This document shows positions 31,423-41,408 of a stretch of 50,383 bases of DNA, one piece after another. A program made the translations under genes and the position numbers. A model generated the notes under the pieces. It saw only the letters and a program-made list of their open reading frames with translations. It searched no databases and had not been told where the DNA came from. Within the stretch, counting starts at the first letter, position 1. Each line of letters starts with the position of its first letter. Origin of the DNA: an uncultured Sphingomonadales bacterium (lineage in GTDB: Bacteria; Pseudomonadota; Alphaproteobacteria; Sphingomonadales; Sphingomonadaceae); NCBI GenBank assembly GCA_902826325.1, contig CADEEK010000002.1, forward strand, positions 1 to 50,383, in the 5' to 3' direction.

Positions 31423-34400
31423 TCAGGCGTCGAGCACCGCGCGCACCGCCTGGCTCAGCGCGCCGACGCCGAAAGGCTTAGGAAGCAGGCGATCCGCCCC
31501 CGAAAGTCGCCCCGCGACAACGGTCTCATCCGGCGTATAGCCGCTGGTGAACAGGATCTTGAGCGCCGGATCGCGCTCGCGCGCCTGACGCGCCAGTTCA
31601 TCGCCCATCATCTCGGGCATCACCACATCGGTGAACAGCAAGGTGACGCTCACACCGCGGTCGAGCAGCTGCAGCGCCTCGCGCCCGTCCGCGGCATGCA
31701 GCACGGTGTAGCCAAGCTCGCGCAACGCCTCGACCGAATAGCTGCGCACCCGCTCCTCATCCTCGATGACCAGAACGATCTCGTCCGCCGATCCCATTTT
31801 GAGCGTATGCGGCGCGGCATCGTCGGCGGTCGCGACGATCGGGCCGCTGTGGCGCGGCAGCAGCAGCTGAACCCGCGTGCCCTCACCCAGCGCGGTGTCG
31901 ATCGATACATGGCCGCCCGACTGGCGGGCGAAACCGAACACCTGGCTGAGCCCCAGGCCCGTTCCCTTGCCGACGCCCTTGGTCGTGAAAAAGGGGTCGA
32001 ACGCCCGCTCGGCGGTTTCCGGAGACATTCCGGCGCCGGTATCCGCCACCGTCAATTCGACATAGGCCGCCGGTTCGATGCCCATCGCAGCGGCCGTTTG
32101 GGCATCGATCGTCCGGTTCGCCGTCGCAAGCGTCAGCACCCCGCCGCTCGCCATCGCATCGCGCGCATTGACGCTGAGGTTCAGAATGACGTTTTCGAGC
32201 TGGTTGACATCGGCCATCACCGCATCGACGTGCGGCGCCAGCCGGGTTTCGATGACGATGTCGTCGCCCAGCGTCCGGGCGAGCAATTCGATCATCCCCT
32301 CGACATGGCCGTTCAGGTCCAGCGCAACGGGCTTGAGCGGCTGCTTGCGGGCAAAGCCGAGCAGCCGGTTGGTGAGCGCCGCCGCGCGGCTCGCGCCATC
32401 CTTCGCCGCCTCGATATAGCGGCCAAGGTCGCCGCTGCCCTGCGCGATGCGCCGTTCGAGCATGTCGAGCGCGCCGATCACCACCGCGAGCATATTGTTG
32501 AAATCATGCGCGATGCCGCCGGTCAGCTGGCCCAGCGCCTCCATCTTCTGCGCCTGACGCAAGCGTTCCTCGGCGGCCATCAGCTGGCTGGTGCGGTCGT
32601 CAACCTCACGTTCCAGCTCCTCGCGCGATCGCGCCAGCACCTCGCGCGCATCGACAATGTCCTGGATGTCGGTGCAGGTGCCGAACCAGCGGGTGATCTG
32701 CCCCGCCTCGTCGCGCACCGGCTGGGCCCGACCCAGCACCCAGCGATAGGCGCCGCTATGGTGCCGCAACCGATATTCGATGTGATAAAAGTCGCCGGTT
32801 TCCAGCGAGTGCCGCCAGGTCGCCCAGGCGCGTTCACGGTCATCGGGATGGAACATGCCGTTCCACGCCTCGCCATCGGTCGATCCGTAGGGCACGCCGG
32901 TATATTCATACCAGCGGTCATTATAATAATCGTGATAGCCGTCCGGCTGGGTCGACCAGACCATCGGGTCGATCGAATTGGCGATCGCGCGGAACTTGCT
33001 TTCGCTTTCGCGCAGCGCGGACACGGCTGCCGCCCGTTCGACCGCGTCCCAGGCGGTTTCGGCAACGGCTTCGATGAAGCCGACTTCGTCGTCGGTCCAT
33101 GGCCGCGGTTCGGCGCTGTTGGCATAGAGCGTCGCGACCCATTGGCCGCCACGGGTCAGCGGCACGCCGACGCCGGCGGGTGAAATCCGCGCAAAGTCGC
33201 TGTCGCGATAGTGTGGATCGTTGGCCGAATCCGCCACCACGACGGTCTTGCCAGCACGATAACTCGCCTGGGCCGGCGCGATCTGCGCCGGGGTGAGTAT
33301 GCCGTGCAACGGCGGCAGACGATCCGAGGTTACGCATGGCCCGAACTGGACGGTGCCATCGCCACCGACGCGATAAAAGCCGACGCGGTCCAGCTTCATC
33401 CGCCGCTGCAGCGCCGCCGCGCTCAGCTGCATGATCGCTTCGGGTGAATCGAGCGAGCGCTGGCGGTCGGCCAGGCCATAGACAAATGCCTGGGCTTCGG
33501 TCGCCGCCTTCAGCTCCTCGACCGCGATGCGCGCCGCTTCCTCGGCGTGCCGCCGCTCGGTGATGTCGAAACTGACACCGGGGAAGCGCAGGGGATTGCC
33601 CGCATCGTCATAGCTGCACCGACCCTGCGCCGTCACCCAGCGCAGATCGCCATCGGCCATGGTCAAACGATATTCGGAGGCGAAACGATCGCCGCTGCGC
33701 ACCGCTTGTTCAACCTCGGCGCGAACGCGGTCGATATCGTCGGGATGGATGTTCGCGAAGAACAATTCGATCGATTGCCCGGCCTCGGCATCCTCGGGAT
33801 CGACGCCATAGAGCCGCGCGAACCGCGCATCGGCACGCACCCGGTTTTCGGCAACGTCCCAGTCCCAGGTGCCGACGCCATTGGAGGCGTCCAGCGCGAG
33901 GTGCAGCCGTGTCTCGCTCTCACGCAACCGCGCCTGTGCGGTCGCGCGTTCGGTGACGTCATTGGCTTCGACGAAGATGTCCGTGGTGACGCCATTGGCG
34001 TCCTTCAACGGCTGATAGACGAAATCGAGCAGGCGCGTTTCGATCGCGCCGCCACGGTCCAGCATCACCGCGCGCTCGCTCGCCCGGAATGTCTCGCCGC
34101 TGGCAAACACCTGGTCGAGCAGTTCGACAAAGCCCTGCCCCGCCAGTTCGGGCAGGGCGGTGGCGACCGGCCTGCCCAATAGCGGCCGGTTGCCGATCAG
34201 GTCGAGATAGGCCGTATTGGCAAGCTCGAACACATGGTCCGGACCATGCAGCAGCGCGATTGCCCCGGGCGCATGATCGACCAGCTCGCGCAGCCGCCCC
34301 ACCTCGGCCAGCCGCGCACGCTCGGCCATCACCGACCGGGTCGTCTCGTGCCCCTGGTTCAAGATTCCGACGACCTTGCCATATTCGTCGCGGATCGGGG

Positions 34401-34800
34401 TGAAGCTGTAATTCCAATAGGTTTCGTGCGTCCGCCCGCCGCGCATCATGTCGAGCCGCTGGTCGAACGTGGCAAAGCCCTCGCCCGATGCGATCACCTG
34501 TGCGAATTGCGGGCCAACGACATCCCAGATTTCGGGGAACACGTCCTGGCCGCGCTGACCCAGCGCCCAGGGATGCCGCTCGGCGGGAATCGGTGCCCAG
34601 GCGTCATTGTAGAACAGCCGCAGCTCTTCGCCCCAGTAAATCGCGGTCGGCACCCGCGATCCCATGCAAATGCCCAGCGCAAAGCGCAGCGGCTGGGGCC
34701 AGTCCTCGGGCGTGCCGACCGGATTGCCCCGCCACGCATGCTCCCGGATCATGCGGCCCATTTCACCGCCATGATCGAGGAAACGAAGCTCCGAATACAT
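31423..34800 (-). CDS. Hybrid PAS/GAF sensor histidine kinase with receiver domain
   Basis: Multiple PAS (IHPDD, FHPDD), H-box AHDFNN, DTGAGM, FFTTK..GTGLGL, receiver TDVVMP/KPF. Confidence 0.93.
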   Translation of the reverse strand: MYSELRFLDHGGEMGRMIREHAWRGNPVGTPEDWPQPLRFALGICMGSRVPTAIYWGEELRLFYNDAWAPIPAERHPWALGQRGQDVFPEIWDVVGPQFAQVIASGEGFATFDQRLDMMRGGRTHETYWNYSFTPIRDEYGKVVGILNQGHETTRSVMAERARLAEVGRLRELVDHAPGAIALLHGPDHVFELANTAYLDLIGNRPLLGRPVATALPELAGQGFVELLDQVFASGETFRASERAVMLDRGGAIETRLLDFVYQPLKDANGVTTDIFVEANDVTERATAQARLRESETRLHLALDASNGVGTWDWDVAENRVRADARFARLYGVDPEDAEAGQSIELFFANIHPDDIDRVRAEVEQAVRSGDRFASEYRLTMADGDLRWVTAQGRCSYDDAGNPLRFPGVSFDITERRHAEEAARIAVEELKAATEAQAFVYGLADRQRSLDSPEAIMQLSAAALQRRMKLDRVGFYRVGGDGTVQFGPCVTSDRLPPLHGILTPAQIAPAQASYRAGKTVVVADSANDPHYRDSDFARISPAGVGVPLTRGGQWVATLYANSAEPRPWTDDEVGFIEAVAETAWDAVERAAAVSALRESESKFRAIANSIDPMVWSTQPDGYHDYYNDRWYEYTGVPYGSTDGEAWNGMFHPDDRERAWATWRHSLETGDFYHIEYRLRHHSGAYRWVLGRAQPVRDEAGQITRWFGTCTDIQDIVDAREVLARSREELEREVDDRTSQLMAAEERLRQAQKMEALGQLTGGIAHDFNNMLAVVIGALDMLERRIAQGSGDLGRYIEAAKDGASRAAALTNRLLGFARKQPLKPVALDLNGHVEGMIELLARTLGDDIVIETRLAPHVDAVMADVNQLENVILNLSVNARDAMASGGVLTLATANRTIDAQTAAAMGIEPAAYVELTVADTGAGMSPETAERAFDPFFTTKGVGKGTGLGLSQVFGFARQSGGHVSIDTALGEGTRVQLLLPRHSGPIVATADDAAPHTLKMGSADEIVLVIEDEERVRSYSVEALRELGYTVLHAADGREALQLLDRGVSVTLLFTDVVMPEMMGDELARQARERDPALKILFTSGYTPDETVVAGRLSGADRLLPKPFGVGALSQAVRAVLDA

Positions 34801-34901
34801 GGCGCGACGTTGCGTTGCGCACCGGCCAGTGTCAATGCGGTTGCCCCTCGACACGGCGCACAGTCAGCCTATGTCTGGGCGATAGATCGGGAGAGGCGCG
34901 G

Positions 34902-35903
34902 ATGAAGCTGGCCAGTCTGAAACATCGCCGCGACGGCAAGCTGGTGGTCGTGTCCAACGACCTTGCCTGGTATGCGGATGCGGCACATATCGCACCGACG
35001 CTGCAGGCCGCGTTGGACGATTGGGACCGGCTCGAAGCCGATCTGCGCAACCTCGCCACCGATCTGGAACATCAGGTGATCCCGCGCGAACGCTTTCACG
35101 AGCGCGATGCCGCCGCACCGCTGCCGCGCGCCTATCAATGGGCGGACGGTTCGGCCTATGTGAACCATGTCGCGCTGGTTCGGCAGGCGCGCGGGGCCGA
35201 AATGCCGGACAGCTTCTGGCACGATCCGCTGATCTATCAGGGTGGGTCTGACGGGTTTCTCGCGGCCCGCGATCCGATCCCCGGCGGGGATCACGATTGG
35301 GGACTGGATTTCGAAGCCGAAGTGGTCGTTGTGACCGGCGATGTCCCGCAGGGCGCGGACCGGCATCAGGCACTCGCCGCCATCCGTCTGGTCGGGCTGA
35401 CCAACGATGTGTCGCTGCGCAATCTGATCCCCGCCGAACTGGCCAAGGGGTTCGGCTTTTTTCAGTCGAAACCGGCCAGCGCCTTTTCGCCGGTGTTCGT
35501 CACGCCCGACGCGATTTCGGATTTCTGGCGGGACGGTAAGCTAAGCCGACGATTGATGGTCGATCTCAACGGCCAGCCTTTTGGCCGCGCCGATGCTGGC
35601 GTCGACATGACCTTCGATTTCGGCACGCTGATCGCGCATATCGCCAGGACTCGCGCGCTGTGCGCGGGATCAATCATCGGCTCGGGCACGGTGTCCAATC
35701 GCGATGCCGATGGCGGCCCGGGGCGCCCCGTCGCCGATGGCGGCGTCGGCTATTCCTGCATCGCCGAGATCAGGACCGTCGAAACGATCCGCGGCGGCCA
35801 GCCGACCACGCCATTCCTGCAATCCGGCGATACCGTTCGCATCTGGGCGGAGAATGAGCAGCACCATTCGATTTTCGGCGCGATCGAGCAGACCGTTTCG
35901 TAA
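34902..35903 (+). CDS. Fumarylacetoacetate hydrolase family protein
   Basis: PLPRAYQWADGSAY, DFEAE, NDVSLR, GSGTVSN. Confidence 0.9.
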   Translation: MKLASLKHRRDGKLVVVSNDLAWYADAAHIAPTLQAALDDWDRLEADLRNLATDLEHQVIPRERFHERDAAAPLPRAYQWADGSAYVNHVALVRQARGAEMPDSFWHDPLIYQGGSDGFLAARDPIPGGDHDWGLDFEAEVVVVTGDVPQGADRHQALAAIRLVGLTNDVSLRNLIPAELAKGFGFFQSKPASAFSPVFVTPDAISDFWRDGKLSRRLMVDLNGQPFGRADAGVDMTFDFGTLIAHIARTRALCAGSIIGSGTVSNRDADGGPGRPVADGGVGYSCIAEIRTVETIRGGQPTTPFLQSGDTVRIWAENEQHHSIFGAIEQTVS

Positions 35904-36159
35904 CCAGGAGCGGTCCCCGCAGCGGGCGGGGATGGCCGCACGTGAGGCACCCCTGCAGCAATGGCACTGCCCCCTGCCGCTTGATCCGACGTGATGGGGA
36001 ACGCCGAAAAGTGCGCTGCCCAGGTGAACCGACCAAGTCCGTCCGCTGCTTATCCGGTCAGCCCTGGCGCCGCTGACCCGCTGCCTTCGCGCGGATAGCC
36101 CGATTTGCCACGCCGGCCCAGCGGATCAGACGCCTTTGCCCCCAAAAAAGGGCAGCAAC

Positions 36160-36199
36160 AAAAAAGGGGAGGCCGGTTGCCCGGCCTCCCCGATTTTTT
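36160..36199. terminator. Bidirectional rho-independent terminator downstream of ompA
   Basis: A6-GGGGAGGCCGG-ttgc-CCGGCCTCCCC-ga-T6. Confidence 0.88.
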
Positions 36200-36225
36200 C
36201 GATCCGCAGATGCGAACCGCGTGGC

Positions 36226-37347
36226 TTACATGCCCGAGCCCGGACCGTAAGTGATTTCCACGCGACGGTTCTGCAGTTCGCGAACGCCGTCGGCGGTGTC
36301 GACGCGCGGACGGCTTTCGCCGAACGCTTCCGACGAAATGACGCCGTCCGGAATACCGCGACCCGACAGATATGCGCGAACCGCATCGGCACGACGCTGC
36401 GACAGGCCGACGTTGTAGCTTGCCGAACCCGAACGGTCGGCGTGGCCCGCCAGCATGACCTGCGCGTTACCGCAATTCTGATATGCCGAGATCGCGTTGT
36501 CGAGGATACCCGAAGCCTCAGGCGTGATGTCCGACTTATCCCATTCGAAGAACACGATATACGGCCCCGGCGTGCAGACCACTTCCGGCGGAGGCGGAGG
36601 CGGCGGCGGGGGAGGCGGCGGCGGCGGCGGCGGCGGCGGCGGGGGCGGCGGTGCAGCCGGCTCGCCGAAGTTGAACGTGACGCCACCCAGGATGCTGTGC
36701 GAGCGGAAACGGCCATTGTACGAGCGGCCCGTCACATCGACCAGACGCACATTGTCGGCGTTGAAGAAGCGATACTTCACCGTCACGTCGACATTGTCCG
36801 AAATCGGCTGACGCACGCCGGCAATTGCCTGCCACGCGAACACGGTGTCCGAATCGTCGAGGAAGTTGCCACGGGTGCTCAGGCCATATTTCGCCTTGAT
36901 GCGCGCCACGCCGGCGCCACCGCCGACAAAGCCCGAAACACTGTCTTCGTCACCGAAATCGAGCAGCGCATTGACCATGAAGCTCAGCGCCGAGGTCGAA
37001 CCGCCGGCCGCAGGATAGTTGCCCGCCGGCGCATTCGCCAGCGTGCCCGCCGGGGTGTAGATCGGCGTCGTCAGGGTGCTACGATAGGCTTCCAGACCAG
37101 CGCGCTTGTACGCAACATCTGCTTCAAGACGGAAGGCGCCCAGATCGTAACCGATCACGCCACCGAAATCATAGCCATAGTCATTATCGGTCGATGCAGC
37201 ATTGGCGGTCGCGCCAATGTCATAATCGATATCTTCGACGATCATCGCACCGCCTTCGACCCCGACATACCACGCATTGTCGCGTGCAAGTGCGGGCGTG
37301 GCGAGCGCGGTCGAAGCAAGCGCCAGTGTTACGGCAAGCTTCCGCAT
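36226..37347 (-). CDS. OmpA-family outer membrane protein with polyproline linker
   Basis: Signal peptide, beta-barrel ending GVTFNF, 22 consecutive Pro, OmpA_C motifs GHADRSG, LSQRRA, NRRVEI. Confidence 0.94.
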   Translation of the reverse strand: MRKLAVTLALASTALATPALARDNAWYVGVEGGAMIVEDIDYDIGATANAASTDNDYGYDFGGVIGYDLGAFRLEADVAYKRAGLEAYRSTLTTPIYTPAGTLANAPAGNYPAAGGSTSALSFMVNALLDFGDEDSVSGFVGGGAGVARIKAKYGLSTRGNFLDDSDTVFAWQAIAGVRQPISDNVDVTVKYRFFNADNVRLVDVTGRSYNGRFRSHSILGGVTFNFGEPAAPPPPPPPPPPPPPPPPPPPPPPEVVCTPGPYIVFFEWDKSDITPEASGILDNAISAYQNCGNAQVMLAGHADRSGSASYNVGLSQRRADAVRAYLSGRGIPDGVISSEAFGESRPRVDTADGVRELQNRRVEITYGPGSGM

Positions 37348-37448
37348 ATTAATCCCCTTTCTTGGTTGTCACTCGGACAGCGCTAACTACCTACTCCGTC
37401 GAAAGTTTCCGCGCAAGCGAACAAAATCCGGGGACTGTTGCCTGATCG

Positions 37449-37955
37449 TCACAGTTCCGGCGTATCGATCAGCCCGTGCGCCTGAAGCGCGCCGAGCAGC
37501 GCCACGATGGCCGTGCGCGCCGCCTCATCGACCACCGTTCCGCCGTCCGGCGCTGCGATCGCGGCCTGACGCGCGCCGACGACCTGCTCGCCGCCAACTT
37601 CCAATATTGCGGCGCTCAGTGTCCCGATCCGCCACGAATCCTCCAGAAACTGCGCATAAACGCCTTGATCGCGAACCCATGCGTACATGCCGACACGGGG
37701 TATCACGAACCGCCACCCGCCCGCCGTCCATACCGCCAGCTGGCCCGCAGCACCCGCCCAATCGCCCTCCGGCGAACTCCCGACGATCCAGCCCATGCCG
37801 GGCTCGGGATCCTCCGGCGGCACCTCGACCCCGGCCGCCTCGACACAGGCATGCGCAATCGCATCGACCAGCGTCAGCGCCTCGTTATGATACAGTTCCT
37901 TCTGCGCCTGCCCGGCAAACAACAACGGCAGCGCGAATCGGGCCGTGGCACTCAT
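37449..37955 (-). CDS. DUF2793-like GTA-associated protein
   Basis: LPLLFAGQAQKELYHNEAL..D, WIVG...GDWAG...GGWRF. Confidence 0.85.
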   Translation of the reverse strand: MSATARFALPLLFAGQAQKELYHNEALTLVDAIAHACVEAAGVEVPPEDPEPGMGWIVGSSPEGDWAGAAGQLAVWTAGGWRFVIPRVGMYAWVRDQGVYAQFLEDSWRIGTLSAAILEVGGEQVVGARQAAIAAPDGGTVVDEAARTAIVALLGALQAHGLIDTPEL

Positions 37956-37959
37956 GACG

Positions 37960-40128
37960 TTACTCCTCGATCGGGGGAATGATGATGACGGCGGGCGGCG
38001 AAGCGCCCTGATCGCCGATCTGCCGCACCTCGATCCGCGTCGGCGCCCCGGCACGCGATTCGGCGGGCAGCATAAAGCTCGCCGTGCCGACAATGATTGT
38101 GCTGGAAACACCGCCTTCGGGCATGATCGACAGGCGATATTGCTCGGCCTCCTCGCCCAGCGGCGCATCCGCCCCGTCGATCCAGCGCCAGCCGACCCGG
38201 CTTCGCCGCACCCAGCGCAGCATCGCGCCGCCATCCGGCTGCTCGGTATAAGCAAGGTGCACCGGCGACGGCGGCACGATCGAAGAACCATTCAACTCGG
38301 CAACCGCCACCACCGGCTCGGCATCGCTCACCGCCAGCGCACTGATGCTGATCGCACCACTCGACCCGCTCGCCAGATCGCGCTGGCCAAGCGTCGCCGG
38401 CTCGATCAGGATGAAGGGATCGCCCGTCACCGCCTCGCCGATCGCCATTTCGGTGCCGCGGCGCCCACGCCATAATCGGCTCAGCCGCCATCGCGCGCCA
38501 CCCAGCGGATCGGCGCGGCCGAACTGGATCAGCTCTCCGCCGATCCATGCCAGATTGCCGCCCAGCTGCAACGCATAGTCATCGGCATCGGCGACCAGCA
38601 TGTCATCGCGCGCCAGTTCGACAATCATCACGCTCGCCCGGTCCTCGATCACCGGATCGGCGACCAGCGGCGGCACCTCGATCGTGCCGACGATCGCGGG
38701 CAGCGCGGTGGTTCCGGCGGCCTGCCAATGCGCACCGGCATCGCTGCTGATCGACAGCACGGCGCGACGCCACCCCGCCCCGGTGCCGCACGCGGCGATC
38801 GACAGTCGCGGCGCCGACAGCCGCCCCTCTTCCAGATGCGGCAATTCGAACGCATGCAATATCGTCGTTCCCGCCGCCAGGTCTGGCGCACCTATCACCC
38901 GCCCCGACGTCGCGCTCGCGGGCAATGCGGCGGGCGCAATGCGGATCAGGTCCAGCGTCACCGCCATCGCCTCCAACCGCCAGTCGGCGACCCGCCACTG
39001 CCCCGGCTCGCCGTCAATCTCGACCCGCCCGCCCGGCACGATCGCCAGTGCCGCCCACCCGGTCGTGATCGTGCGCCGCTCGCGTTCGGCATCGGCGCGC
39101 GCCAGCGCCGCTTGCGCCATGGCCTTGGCCTGCGCCCCGGTCAGCGCGGCGGGCAGTTCGATCGCCTCCTCGCGATGGCCAGCACCCGGCCGCGCCGCGC
39201 GTTGCAACCCCGCCTGATAATCGCGCGCCGGGTCATAATGGCTCAGCGTGACGAGCCGTGGCGCCCGGTCCGCCGCCGCGATCGCCCGATTGCCCCGCGC
39301 CCCCTCGCCCTGGCGCACGCCCGCATCGCTGACGGCAACCGTTTCCCCGCTGCCTGAGGCGAGCGTCAGCGCATCCCCCGCCACCACCGGCCACGCCGCC
39401 ACGGCCTGCACCAGCGGTTCGATCACGCCGCGCCGCGACCCGCCATAGGCCGAAAAGCCGCCGATCGCCGCCCCGGCCTCGCCCGCGCCCACGCGCCCGC
39501 GCGTCACACGGTCGACAATCGCCCCCGCCGCCACCGAGCCAACATCCGCCACCACCTCAAAGGTCAGCGACGGAATGCGATTGCCATAATCCGCCAGGTC
39601 CAGATCCTCGAACACGGCATAGGCGATACCGCGATGCGCCGGCGCCACACCGACGCCCTCCGCCGAAACGATCAGCGGATCGGCATCCTGCGCCTCGCCG
39701 CCGGTGTGCAGCCGGAACCCGGTCTGCGCCTTCCAGTCCCCCGCCGCCCCGCGCAGCAACTTGCCATCGGCCCAGATCCGCCCGACCGACAGGATCGGCC
39801 GCGCCGACAACGCCACGGCAAAGGATGCCGTATAGCTATAGCTCGTCGTGCTCGGCCGCCCCTTGCCGCCGCCTTCGCGATGCGCATGTTCGATCAGATC
39901 GGTCGCCCAGATCACCGACCCCGCCACCCGCAACGTCCCGAACAATTCGGGGATCGGCGTGCCATAGCTCGACGTCTGCACCGCCAGTTCGGTCAGCCGC
40001 GGGCCGTCGCGCCCCTTGGGCTTGAACAGAATGTCCTGATCGATCCGCTGGCCCAATATCCCGCCCAGCATCGCGCCGATCGGCCCGCCGATCGCGCCGC
40101 CGATCGTCGTCAGCACCAAAGTCGCCAT
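37960..40128 (-). CDS. GTA tail/baseplate protein (g15-like, shortened to 722 aa)
   Basis: MATLVL Gly-rich N-terminus, GPRL..L.VQTSSYG, RIWADG, YGNRIPSLTFEV, RDYQ.GLQ, LWRGRRGTE. Confidence 0.88.
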   Translation of the reverse strand: MATLVLTTIGGAIGGPIGAMLGGILGQRIDQDILFKPKGRDGPRLTELAVQTSSYGTPIPELFGTLRVAGSVIWATDLIEHAHREGGGKGRPSTTSYSYTASFAVALSARPILSVGRIWADGKLLRGAAGDWKAQTGFRLHTGGEAQDADPLIVSAEGVGVAPAHRGIAYAVFEDLDLADYGNRIPSLTFEVVADVGSVAAGAIVDRVTRGRVGAGEAGAAIGGFSAYGGSRRGVIEPLVQAVAAWPVVAGDALTLASGSGETVAVSDAGVRQGEGARGNRAIAAADRAPRLVTLSHYDPARDYQAGLQRAARPGAGHREEAIELPAALTGAQAKAMAQAALARADAERERRTITTGWAALAIVPGGRVEIDGEPGQWRVADWRLEAMAVTLDLIRIAPAALPASATSGRVIGAPDLAAGTTILHAFELPHLEEGRLSAPRLSIAACGTGAGWRRAVLSISSDAGAHWQAAGTTALPAIVGTIEVPPLVADPVIEDRASVMIVELARDDMLVADADDYALQLGGNLAWIGGELIQFGRADPLGGARWRLSRLWRGRRGTEMAIGEAVTGDPFILIEPATLGQRDLASGSSGAISISALAVSDAEPVVAVAELNGSSIVPPSPVHLAYTEQPDGGAMLRWVRRSRVGWRWIDGADAPLGEEAEQYRLSIMPEGGVSSTIIVGTASFMLPAESRAGAPTRIEVRQIGDQGASPPAVIIIPPIEE

Positions 40129-40500
40129 CTAATCCTCCCGCCGCCAGCGTCCGATCGCGGTCCAGGGCGGCACACCGGGCCGCTCGACCGCCTTGCGCAG
40201 CACCGCATCGGCATGAATCACGCCGCCGCCGCTATCGATCGCCAGATGCAATTGCCCCGCCGCCGTCCGGAACAGCAGCAGGTCGCCCGGTCGCGGCTCA
40301 GCCGCCACCACCAGCCCCGCCGCCGCAACCGCCCGCACCACCACCCCCGCATCGCCCGACCGCAACGCATAGCCACGCGGCACCTCGACCCGATAGGCCA
40401 GCGCCGCCAGCCCGACGCAATCCAGTCCCGTACCCACCGCGCGCCCGTGCAGGCGGAACCGCGCGCCAACCGCATCGCGCGCGCGTTCCAGCGGACTCAC
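40129..40500 (-). CDS. GTA NlpC/P60 cell-wall peptidase (g14-like)
   Basis: FRLHGR..GLDCVGL, PGDLLL, HLAI..IHA. Confidence 0.85.
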   Translation of the reverse strand: MSPLERARDAVGARFRLHGRAVGTGLDCVGLAALAYRVEVPRGYALRSGDAGVVVRAVAAAGLVVAAEPRPGDLLLFRTAAGQLHLAIDSGGGVIHADAVLRKAVERPGVPPWTAIGRWRRED

Positions 40501-41302
40501 GCGCCAGGATATCGCGTCAACAAATCGATTCCCGGCAGAAACGGCTCGCCGCGAAAATTGGCCGCATTGCCAAAACGGCTCGCACAGGTCGCAAGCGATT
40601 TGTCGCACCCCTCGCGCACCTCCACCAGCGCGCCGGTCGCCGTAAACCGCGGCACGCGCCGCAACGTCACGCTGGTCCCGTGCGAGGCGCCGATCTCATC
40701 GCTCAACCCGCAATTGCCACCGCCGAACCAGCGCAACCGCCCCCGGCCCAGCCGCCCGCGACCGGTTCCGCAACATCCAGCGTCAGCACCGCGCCGTCAG
40801 CAGCAACCACCCGCGCAAACTGCCGCCGCCCCGCCATCGCCACCCGACATCGCCGGTCGCCAAGCTCCGCGCGACATTCCGGCGACGTCGCCTCGACCGC
40901 CGGTGCCTCCAGCGCCGCCGCGATCCCGCGCAATTCGGCGGTCAACGCCCCGTCGCGCGTTTCGACCGCGCCGATCGTCCCCTCGCCCAGCGCCACCGGA
41001 TCGACCGGGTCGGTCCAGTCCACCGCCAACACCACCACCCGCGCCCCGTCCCAGCGTCCGGCCAGCAAATCGCCCTCATCGATCGCCGCCCCGCTCAACG
41101 CGCCGGTAACATCCATGCTGTCGGCATCGAAATCGGCGCTGCGCCGGATCGCCGACGGCGTCATCCCCGGCGCCGCACGATAGATGAAGCCATTGACGGT
41201 CAAATCGCGGTCATGCGCCGTCAACCCGATCGCCACCCCATCCCGCCGCTCGATCCGCCAGCACAGCGCAATCGTCGCCAACGGCTTCTCGAGCCAGGTC
41301 AT
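40497..41302 (-). pseudogene. GTA DUF2163 baseplate hub (g13-like), frameshifted as sequenced
   Basis: CWRIERRDG..HDRDL...CRAELGDRRC in one frame; LRWFGG.NCG...GCDK..TC..RFGNAANFRGEPFLPG in another; join at a G5 run (40740-40744); span 806 nt = one base short of 269 codons. Confidence 0.85.
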
Positions 41303-41325
41303 ACCGCCTCCAATCCTGTTGAAAC

Positions 41326-41353
41326 CGCCACCCCGGCCTCGCGCCGGGGTCCA
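41326..41353 (+). repeat. CGTC-type REP palindrome (variant)
   Basis: CGCCACCCCGGCCTCGCGCCGGGGTCCA. Confidence 0.65.
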
Positions 41354-41408
41354 CCGCGCCACGCGCGATGCATCATCGGCAACCATCCCCCGTCGAAAGG
41401 GCAGCCAG

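Noticed and set aside
35904..36155. Possible ncRNA between the FAH gene and the ompA terminator
   Set aside because: Only generic GC-rich hairpins; no recognisable RNA family motif or promoter
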